32,000 bases of DNA from Copranaerobaculum intestinale (GTDB lineage Bacteria; Bacillota_I; Bacilli_A; Erysipelotrichales; Erysipelotrichaceae), in NCBI RefSeq assembly GCF_009831105.1, contig NZ_WUUQ01000007.1, forward strand, positions 45,170 to 77,169, written 5' to 3'. Numbering within the stretch: the stretch's first letter is position 1; each line of letters starts with the position of its first letter. The notes beneath the pieces are model-generated. The model was not told the DNA's origin and did no database searches. It saw only the letters and a program-made list of their open reading frames with translations. Below, piece by piece: positions 15,893 through 23,116 of this stretch. The position numbers and the translations under genes are program-made.

Positions 15893-17173
15893 TTGTTCCT
15901 CATTGATGTCGACAGTATTATTTGATGGATTCTTATCGCTTGATTCTTGCTTTATACGATCTTTCGTTTTTACGATCACTTCATTTGAATCGGTATGATT
16001 GGTTTGAGATGAATGATGATCTTCTTGTTCGCTCGTATGGTTCACAACTGTACTGATCGTATGCAGCTTGGATAAACGGCTGTAATACGGAACATATCGA
16101 GAATCTATTAAGGAGATTACGATCTGACCAATCGAAAAAAGGAAAAATCCACTGGTGGCCAACGCGCTGATTAAGTAAAAAATTCGCTGTGTCGAAGTGA
16201 TGAGCAAAAATTGTGCGACCAGGTAATAGATCAGAAATGGCATTGGCAGGATCAACCCGTAAAGAATTCCATAATGTAGCAAATACTGATACCACTTTGC
16301 GGTATTCCCGTTAGTTTGGATGATCCGGATCCGTACAAAAAACTTACCGATTGTTTTACCTTTGGTTATAATCGGAATCAAAATATACAGTATCCATATC
16401 AGAATCAGATAGCCGACAATCATTATTTCATAATCGGTCGTTTGGTGAAGCATGATATCATATGTTACGATCAGCATCATTCCCATACTCAGAAATGCCA
16501 GATCGATCAGGAAAGCAAAGCCTTTACGAATAATAGAAATCTGCATACCTTTGCGATAAGCGCTTTGATCAAGCTCATCGCGGGTCGGCAGTATTTTAGC
16601 GGCCAAAGGAGCAACCAGATAACCCAGCATGCCTCCAAGGGTGTTCGTGATCAGATCATCGATATCAAACATGCGATAGGGACGGAGATATATGCCGAAT
16701 AGGGCACTGCGCTGAATACATTCAAAAGAAAGAGACAAAAGGAAGGTCAACAGTAAAGTTTTCTTCCAGCTGTACTGAAAGTAATAACGCATATAAATAC
16801 CAAACGGCATCAGCAGAAGGAGGTTGAACAGCAGCACATAGAAGGATGGCTGGTTCAAGGCAGGCAGATAGGTAGATAAATCATTCAGCATAAATGGAGT
16901 ATTTTCCAGAAATGTTGTCAAGGCTGTAAAAGGTATCAGCTGCATGGTCGGCGTTGTCAGCTCAGCGACCGATTCAGGATCGGGCAGCGGCAGCATTGTC
17001 AAAAGATAGGCACACAGTATATAGAAGATAAAGGAATATATGATCGCCGTTCTTAGCAAGAGTATCGAGCCGTATTTTCGATATTGAACAATCACATAAG
17101 GCATTGTGAAAAGTGCAGCAAGGAATGGAAACGCGATCATAGCGGTTTTAATTGGGATCAGATAAATAGCCAT
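15872..17173 (-). CDS. VanZ-like / RDD-domain fusion membrane protein with a polar, low-complexity C-terminal tail
   Basis: N-terminal half is VanZ-like (SFECIQRS...FDIDDLITNTLGGMLGY). Second half is RDD-like (RKGFAFLIDLAF...GKTIGKFFVRIRII). Tail is HTSEQEDHHSSQTNHTDSNE... Confidence 0.7.
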   Translation of the reverse strand: MAIYLIPIKTAMIAFPFLAALFTMPYVIVQYRKYGSILLLRTAIIYSFIFYILCAYLLTMLPLPDPESVAELTTPTMQLIPFTALTTFLENTPFMLNDLSTYLPALNQPSFYVLLFNLLLLMPFGIYMRYYFQYSWKKTLLLTFLLSLSFECIQRSALFGIYLRPYRMFDIDDLITNTLGGMLGYLVAPLAAKILPTRDELDQSAYRKGMQISIIRKGFAFLIDLAFLSMGMMLIVTYDIMLHQTTDYEIMIVGYLILIWILYILIPIITKGKTIGKFFVRIRIIQTNGNTAKWYQYLLHYGILYGLILPMPFLIYYLVAQFLLITSTQRIFYLISALATSGFFLFSIGQIVISLIDSRYVPYYSRLSKLHTISTVVNHTSEQEDHHSSQTNHTDSNEVIVKTKDRIKQESSDKNPSNNTVDINEEQAKDAEI

Positions 17174-17324
17174 GGCAGTCTCCTTTCATACCGTATAGTA
17201 TAGCATAAAATATTCATTAGCCGATATGGAGGATTTCTTGAAAACAGCTTTATTTATCATTCATGTAAATAATCGTCATAGGCGCCTGTTCTGCCGCATA
17301 CATTAAAGGCAGGAGGAATGTGAA

Positions 17325-19073
17325 ATGAAAGGTTTTCTATGTGTCCTTCAGGACAAGGATGCTGATCGTCTCATCACCAGGATCAGCAAACATGAAAATA
17401 CACTGATCGAAGGAGCTGACGGCTTTGTGAATTTCAAGCCGGTAACGATTCGTCAGTGCAGGTATCTGATTCATTTTCAGGGAGAATTGTATAACCGAAA
17501 AGAGCTGTGTCAGGATTTAACCTTGGCTGGCTGGGATTGCTTACAGGTCGACTATGCAGAGCTGATAGCATATGCCTATGTCCAATGGGGAAAATCATGT
17601 TTATATCATTTGAACGGTGCTTTCGCTTTGGTGATATATGAGCGTGGGGAACTGTTTGCGGCGAAGGACCACATGGGGCTGAAACCGTTATTTTATGCTC
17701 GATGCAAAAACAGCGGGCTGATTTTGGCCGATTCGATTGCCGGTATTTTGGCAGATGGTATGATTGAGCCCATCGTGGATGCGTCTGGTATTCGTGAAAT
17801 CTTCGCGCTTGGTCCTTCACTCAGCGAGGATAAAACGCTGTACCGGGATATTCATGCATTACCAATGGGCAGTTATCTGATTGCAAAGCATAATAATATC
17901 CGTGTGAAAAACTATTATCGTCCGACCACCAAACCGCATCTTGACAGCTTTAACGAAACGGTAGAAAAGGTACGCTTTCTGGTTGAAGATGCGATTATTC
18001 GGCAAGGTGAAAACAGCAATGCCTGTTTTCTGTCAGGCGGGCTGGACAGCAGTATCATCACCGCTGTTTGTGCGAAGAGCCATCCTAATTTAAAAACCTA
18101 TTCCTTGGATTATGAAGGGAACAGCGAGAATTTCGTCGGCAACATGTATCAGGTTTCGCTCGATAAGCCGTTTATCCAGGAAATGGTCGATCGCTACGAA
18201 TCGCATCATACACTGCTGACCATTACTCAGAAAGAACTGATCGATATGCTGAAACCGGCACTGATTGCCCGTAATCTGCCGGGTATGGCAGACGTCGATG
18301 CTTCCTTGTTGTGGATGTGTCAGCAGGTTAAGGATGACCACGAAAATATTATTTTAGGCGGTGAATGTTCGGATGAAGTATTTGGCGGCTATCCCTGGTT
18401 CTACAAACCGGAACTGAAAGATTTAGACAGCTTTCCATGGCTTCGTTCCATGGATGAGCGAATAGATCTGCTTCATGAGTCGATCCGCGGTTTCGGTTAT
18501 CATGATTATATGCAGAAGCAGTATGATGATACCGTACGTGACATTATCTTTCTGGATGAAGACAGCGAGGCAGATAAGCGGGCGCGTATTCATACCATGA
18601 TCTGTCTGCGTTGGTTCATGCAGACCTTGGTTACCCGTCAAATCACGATGGGCAACGCTGCCGATCTGAATGTACGCTCACCGTTTGCCGATGTCAGAAT
18701 CATTGATTATGTTTATAACATTCCATGGGAAATGCGCTATTACAAGGAGGAGGAAAAGGGAATTTTACGCACCGCATTTGAAGACATCCTTCCTGCGTCT
18801 ATTGCACACCGTAAAAAAAATCCATATCCGAAAACACATAATCCCCTCTATACTGAACTGATCAAAGAACGCATGCGCGAAGTATACCACGATGCAGACA
18901 GTGTTATTCATATGCTGTTTGACGATAAGCGTTTAAAGGAATTGATTAAAAGCGGCGGAGCTGCCTTCAAGCTTCCCTGGTACGGTCAGCTGATGAGCGG
19001 TCCGCAGCTGCTTGCTTATTTATATCAGCTTGACCTTTGGGTGAAGCAATATCATGTAAAATTTATGCTGTAA
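17325..19073 (+). CDS. Asparagine synthetase family protein (AsnO/AsnB-like) with an intact PP-loop synthetase domain but a degenerate N-terminal glutaminase domain
   Basis: PP-loop CFLSGGLDSSIITAV, LPGMADVDASLLW, GGECSDEVFGGYPWF, NPYPKTHNP. The N-terminus is MKGFLCV, not MCG. Strong AGGAGG Shine-Dalgarno fixes the start. Confidence 0.85.
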   Translation: MKGFLCVLQDKDADRLITRISKHENTLIEGADGFVNFKPVTIRQCRYLIHFQGELYNRKELCQDLTLAGWDCLQVDYAELIAYAYVQWGKSCLYHLNGAFALVIYERGELFAAKDHMGLKPLFYARCKNSGLILADSIAGILADGMIEPIVDASGIREIFALGPSLSEDKTLYRDIHALPMGSYLIAKHNNIRVKNYYRPTTKPHLDSFNETVEKVRFLVEDAIIRQGENSNACFLSGGLDSSIITAVCAKSHPNLKTYSLDYEGNSENFVGNMYQVSLDKPFIQEMVDRYESHHTLLTITQKELIDMLKPALIARNLPGMADVDASLLWMCQQVKDDHENIILGGECSDEVFGGYPWFYKPELKDLDSFPWLRSMDERIDLLHESIRGFGYHDYMQKQYDDTVRDIIFLDEDSEADKRARIHTMICLRWFMQTLVTRQITMGNAADLNVRSPFADVRIIDYVYNIPWEMRYYKEEEKGILRTAFEDILPASIAHRKKNPYPKTHNPLYTELIKERMREVYHDADSVIHMLFDDKRLKELIKSGGAAFKLPWYGQLMSGPQLLAYLYQLDLWVKQYHVKFML

Positions 19074-19090
19074 CAAAATCATATATTAAA

Positions 19091-19151
19091 AAAGAACCTT
19101 TCACTATTGGTGCTGTAACAATTTTGCCCAAAACGCAAGGGTTCTTTTTTT
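19091..19151 (+). terminator. Probable terminator with a large loop
   Basis: AAAGAACCTT ... AAGGGTTCTTTTTTT (10-bp stem with one bulge, about 36-nt loop). Confidence 0.4.
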
Positions 19152-19295
19152 ACTTTTTAATTTATGAAACAGTAAAAGACATAGCTATACAGGTTGCTAT
19201 TCTTTATAAATATTGAAACAAATTCCTAATATGCAGATTATTTTCTGATTCACGGCAGTTCTATGATATGCTGATGACGTTAAAGGAAAAGTTGC

Positions 19296-20567
19296 ATGAA
19301 GGTTGAATTAAGTATAGAAGACAAGCTTGAATTAGCAAAGATTTTTAAAATTCATCGAAATCATCTTGGCTGTACTCAGAAAGAATATATTCAGGATAGA
19401 CAGGGAATCCCAGTCTGTTCCATCAGCACCTATAGCCGGCTGGAAAATGGAATACCGATAAAATGTGATGAAATTTATGAAATACTGCTGTCAATGCGGA
19501 TGCATAAAACATTCAATTATCGATTTGATATACGCGTGCGGATGAAGAAAGACTTTCACCTGCTATATCAAATGATCGAAGCATATAATCTGCCGGAAGC
19601 GAAAACGGTTTTGTATCAGATTATGGCAGAATTGAAGAAGCAGGGAGATTTTATTATGAATGCCTGCTATCTGGCAGTGCTTACCCAGATCGAAGCATAT
19701 TATTTTCAGCAAAAGCCATTACAGCTGGCTTTGATTGATTGGGATATACTGAGCATATTTGATCGATATACGCAAGAAATATTAATTGATCTTTTATTTA
19801 AGGATGTGCTGCGAAGCAAGAAATCAATGCGGGAAGTTAACGTGTATGCGGAAAAATTGGAAATATCGAAATCAAAGACTTCTCTAAATTATTTGAATCG
19901 TGTGCTGCTTCATTATTATAACGATGAAATGCTGAGTGCCTTCCTAGAGCTGAAAACACTCATTCGGTATTTTGATACGCATGCTTTATTCAATCGACGG
20001 CTGGACGCCTATGATATTACGCTGTCGCTGTATGTGAATGTTCAGCCGCAGAATATTCCTGATTTATTACTTGAATATCATCGATTTGTTCAGGAGCATA
20101 AAGCCCAGCTGCATCCTAAGAAGCTTCGTCAAAGTCTTTATAATCAAGCAATGATTTTTCTGGAGATGCAAGAAGAAGCGGAAGCCTTGAAGCGCCTATC
20201 GCAAATAACGGATCGTGATGATGATCTGACGCTTAGAAAAACTGTTATATCCTGTTATTTATCATCGCATATGGATCTGCCGGCAGCACCGCTCAATGAC
20301 TTAAAATTTTCTTCTGTCAGTAACCCCGGAGCGCTGGCGCTTTTTACATTTTATCAGCACAAACAGGCCGGCGCGTCCTTTGCCGAGCTGGAGATGCTCG
20401 TACAGGAACAGATCTTAAGCAGCATCGATCCGGATGATGAAATTTTGATGGAAATTTTAAAAGAAGAAATTATGAAGCTGGCAAAAAGCAGTCATGAGAC
20501 GTATCTGCTTCAGCGATTTCAGCGGCTGCGTGATCATCACAGGTTTGAAAAAAATTCTGAAAACTGA
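19296..20567 (+). CDS. XRE-type HTH regulator with a long helical-repeat (TPR-like) C-terminal domain; RNPP-like peptide-sensing regulator candidate
   Basis: N-terminal HTH region (LAKIFKIHRNHLGCTQKEYIQ...STYSRLENG) followed by about 350 aa of helix-rich sequence. 423 aa in total. A small secreted-peptide gene lies immediately downstream. Confidence 0.65.
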   Translation: MKVELSIEDKLELAKIFKIHRNHLGCTQKEYIQDRQGIPVCSISTYSRLENGIPIKCDEIYEILLSMRMHKTFNYRFDIRVRMKKDFHLLYQMIEAYNLPEAKTVLYQIMAELKKQGDFIMNACYLAVLTQIEAYYFQQKPLQLALIDWDILSIFDRYTQEILIDLLFKDVLRSKKSMREVNVYAEKLEISKSKTSLNYLNRVLLHYYNDEMLSAFLELKTLIRYFDTHALFNRRLDAYDITLSLYVNVQPQNIPDLLLEYHRFVQEHKAQLHPKKLRQSLYNQAMIFLEMQEEAEALKRLSQITDRDDDLTLRKTVISCYLSSHMDLPAAPLNDLKFSSVSNPGALALFTFYQHKQAGASFAELEMLVQEQILSSIDPDDEILMEILKEEIMKLAKSSHETYLLQRFQRLRDHHRFEKNSEN

Positions 20568-20625
20568 AAATACCTTTCTTAAAATGATGATTTCATCAAA
20601 TTTAGAGAGGTATTTTTAATTTTTC
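20568..20625 (+). terminator. Nested inverted repeat directly after the regulator stop (weak terminator and/or operator)
   Basis: Outer arms AAATACCT (20568-75) and AGGTATTT (20608-15). Inner perfect palindrome TGATGA-tt-TCATCA (20585-98). Followed by TTAATTTTT. Confidence 0.4.
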
Positions 20626-20671
20626 CCGGTCTTTGTCCTTTCCTGATAGGCTGAACTCGGGAGGTACGGTC

Positions 20672-20803
20672 ATGCGATTAAAATTTAAGATTGCAGTGCT
20701 GATCGGTGCACTAGTTTTGGGAATCGGTGCAGCATTTCAGAGTCAAGCTGCAAATCAGCCGGAAGTAGCCGCAAAAGGGCGATCTTCACTTATCATTCTT
20801 TAA
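20672..20803 (+). CDS. 43-aa Sec-signal pro-peptide (candidate signalling-peptide precursor), not in the ORF track
   Basis: GGGAGG Shine-Dalgarno 7 nt before the ATG. Product MRLKFKIAVLIGALVLGIGAAFQSQA/ANQPEVAAKGRSSLIIL has a basic n-region, a hydrophobic core, an AxA-like site and a 17-aa tail. It has its own terminator. Confidence 0.55.
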   Translation: MRLKFKIAVLIGALVLGIGAAFQSQAANQPEVAAKGRSSLIIL

Positions 20804-20819
20804 ATCAACGGGGGAAACA

Positions 20820-20848
20820 GAAAGCGGATATTGTTCCGCTTTTTTATA
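20820..20848 (+). terminator. Rho-independent terminator after the peptide gene
   Basis: AAAGCGGA-tattgt-TCCGCTTT followed by a T-tract. Confidence 0.7.
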
Positions 20849-20918
20849 TTTGATCATGTGATGTGTATTTCCTGTTAAAATAGGATATAATAGGTATAAC
20901 AAAAAGGAAGGTGCTGAC

Positions 20919-21359
20919 ATGGATTATTATTTGATCGGATGGATTCTTGTGTTCTTCCTGATTTTATTCGTCGAGGGCTTATCACAGCAGCTGATCGCCG
21001 TGTGGTTTGCGGTAGGTGCAGTCGTTGCGATTATCGCAGAGCTGATGAGTGCATCATTCAATGTCCAGCTTTCCTGCTTTGTGATTGCTTCCATCATATC
21101 GCTGCTGCTGCTGCGCCCATATGTGAAAAAGGCAACGGCAGGTAAGATCGAACGCACGAACAGTGATGAGAACATTGGTAAAACAGCAGTGGTTATCGCT
21201 GATTTTGATGCGGCTACAAATGAGGGAAGAGTCATGCTGTCAGGTCTTGATTGGGCAGCTAAAAGCCTCAGCTCGGTAAAGCTGCTGAAAGGTGAACAGG
21301 TAACGGTAGTATCAATCAGCGGCGTAAAACTGCTGGTATCCAGAAAAGAGGAGGAATGA
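20919..21359 (+). CDS. NfeD-family membrane protein (C-terminal OB-fold)
   Basis: Three N-terminal TM segments plus the soluble domain GKTAVVIADFD...GRVMLSGLDWAAKS...GEQVTVVSISGVKLLV. 4-nt overlap with the SPFH gene. Confidence 0.8.
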   Translation: MDYYLIGWILVFFLILFVEGLSQQLIAVWFAVGAVVAIIAELMSASFNVQLSCFVIASIISLLLLRPYVKKATAGKIERTNSDENIGKTAVVIADFDAATNEGRVMLSGLDWAAKSLSSVKLLKGEQVTVVSISGVKLLVSRKEEE

Positions 21360-22270
21360 TTATGGATATCAAATTGATCATTTTATTAGTGTTTGTAATT
21401 CTGATTCTGGTTTTCATTTCAGCGCATATCCGTATTGTCAATCAGTCAGAGTCTTATGTAATCGAAAAATTGGGCGCATATAAAACCACATGGGGAACCG
21501 GCATTCATTTTTTAGTACCGTTTTTGGAACATGTATCAAAACGTGTTTCGCTGAAAGAGCATGTAGTTGATTTTGCCCCGCAGCCGGTCATTACCAAGGA
21601 TAACGTAACGATGCAAATCGATACCGTCGTATATTTTCAGGTAACTGATTCAAAGCTGTATACCTATGGTGTTAACAATCCAATGATGGCTGTTGAATCA
21701 CTGACTGCGACTACACTGCGTAATATTATCGGTGAATTGGATCTGGATGCGACCTTGACATCCCGCGACATCATCAATACCAAGATGCGCGCTATCCTGG
21801 ATGAAGCAACAGATAAATGGGGCATCAAGGTCAATCGTGTGGAAGTAAAGAATATTTTGCCACCGCGTGAGATTCAGGATGCCATGGAGAAGCAGATGAA
21901 AGCTGAGCGTGAGCGTCGTGAAGCGATTTTGCAGGCAGAAGGCCGCAAAAAGAGTGAGATTTTGATTGCTGAAGGTGAGAAGCAATCAACCATCCTTCGT
22001 GCTGAAGCAAATAAAGAAATGCAGATTAAACAGGCACAAGGTGAGGCAGAAGCAATACTGCTGGTTCAAAAAGCCTTAGCGGACTCTTTGACCATGCTGT
22101 CTGATGCAAAGACATCCGATGCTGTCATCAAAATCAAAAGCTTGGAAGCACTGGAAAAGGTTGCGGATGGTAAAGCTACCAAGCTGATCATTCCAAGTGA
22201 AATACAAAATTTGGCCGGATTGCTGAGTTCTATGAAAGAAGTTGTCAGCGACTCCGCTTCAAACGAATAA
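21356..22270 (+). CDS. SPFH/Band-7 (stomatin/prohibitin-like) membrane-scaffold protein
   Basis: N-terminal TM, a PHB domain (VITKDNVTMQIDTVVYFQVTD...LRNIIGELDLDATLTSRD), and a coiled-coil EAERERREAILQAEG. Confidence 0.9.
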   Translation: MIMDIKLIILLVFVILILVFISAHIRIVNQSESYVIEKLGAYKTTWGTGIHFLVPFLEHVSKRVSLKEHVVDFAPQPVITKDNVTMQIDTVVYFQVTDSKLYTYGVNNPMMAVESLTATTLRNIIGELDLDATLTSRDIINTKMRAILDEATDKWGIKVNRVEVKNILPPREIQDAMEKQMKAERERREAILQAEGRKKSEILIAEGEKQSTILRAEANKEMQIKQAQGEAEAILLVQKALADSLTMLSDAKTSDAVIKIKSLEALEKVADGKATKLIIPSEIQNLAGLLSSMKEVVSDSASNE

Positions 22271-22278
22271 GGTAACAA

Positions 22279-22304
22279 AAAGGATATCGATCTCGATATC
22301 CTTT
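22279..22304. terminator. Bidirectional terminator
   Basis: AAAGGATATCGA-tc-TCGATATCCTTT perfect 12-bp arms. Confidence 0.7.
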
Positions 22305-22316
22305 CCTTTTGCATAA

Positions 22317-22925
22317 CTATTGATTTGTCGGCTCAATCTGAATTGTTCCCTGAATCACCGCACCGCGGTTAATTTCAATATCCCGCGCGATAATGTTTCC
22401 GATAACACAGGATTCAGAGGTAAGAGTAACCCCGCCACTGGCATGGATATCACCCTTGATCTGACCGCCGCAAAGCAGTTCTTCAGTTTGAATATTGCCT
22501 TCGATAACTGTCTCCGGGCTTAGCTTGATATCACTTCGACAGGAAATATCACCGTAGATTTCCGCTTCTTCCATCTCAGCCGTATCACATTGAATATTAC
22601 CTTTGATCTTACCGGTAACTTCCAGTTTGCTATCGCATACAACGTCACCTTCAACAGTACCGTGAATTTCTAATGCATCCTCGGTTTCGATTTTACCGTG
22701 TAAAATAGTGTTTTTACTAATGCGCGTTGCAGTTTCAGCAGGCTCGGCATTAAAATAATTAGAATAAGATTCCGTATTCTGGAATTCCGTTTGCACCATC
22801 GCCGGTTTTACTCCTTCTTCAGGTGCTGATGTTTCCGTTCCATCATTTTGGGCAGTTGATTCCTGACCGCGTGATTCCTGTTCATTTTTTGTATACATTT
22901 CTTTTTGTTTTTCATACCATTTCAT
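22317..22925 (-). CDS. Bactofilin-family cytoskeletal protein with a roughly 75-aa disordered N-terminus
   Basis: Beta-helix repeat pattern: HGKIETEDALEIHGTVEGDVVCDSKLEVTGKIKGNIQCDTAEMEEAEIYGDISC...IEGNIQTEELLCGGQIKGDIHASGGVTL...VIGNIIARDIEINRGAVIQGTI. Confidence 0.8.
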   Translation of the reverse strand: MKWYEKQKEMYTKNEQESRGQESTAQNDGTETSAPEEGVKPAMVQTEFQNTESYSNYFNAEPAETATRISKNTILHGKIETEDALEIHGTVEGDVVCDSKLEVTGKIKGNIQCDTAEMEEAEIYGDISCRSDIKLSPETVIEGNIQTEELLCGGQIKGDIHASGGVTLTSESCVIGNIIARDIEINRGAVIQGTIQIEPTNQ

Positions 22926-23082
22926 GGGATTCCTCCTAGTTAATAATGAATAATTATGAATATATTATAAACATTATTTAGTAAGAAAGAAAGTATCCAG
23001 CCGCTGAAATATGAAATGATGTCCGATATTGGCATTGATTTTTAAGGTTTTCCTGTATTTTTATGTGGATTGAGATTAGTTA

Positions 23083-23091
23083 TGCTATAAT
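23083..23091 (+). promoter_or_regulatory. Extended -10 promoter element
   Basis: TGcTATAAT. It lies inside the track's 23063 ORF start, which favours the GTG 23117 start for the peptidase. Confidence 0.45.
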
Positions 23092-23116
23092 TCTTGATAG
23101 CAAAGGGGGCTTTCAT

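Noticed and set aside
17325-20803. The idea that the AsnB-like enzyme plus the small peptide gene form a lasso-peptide or other RiPP cluster.
   Set aside because: There is no B-protein (transglutaminase-like protease/RRE), no exporter, and a terminator plus a regulator gene lie between them. The peptide carries a classical Sec signal rather than a RiPP leader.
19296-20803. The idea that the regulator and 43-aa peptide are a phage arbitrium (AimR-AimP) module.
   Set aside because: No phage, integrase or other mobile-element genes flank the locus, and I saw no aimX-like downstream transcript. A chromosomal RNPP-like system is more parsimonious.
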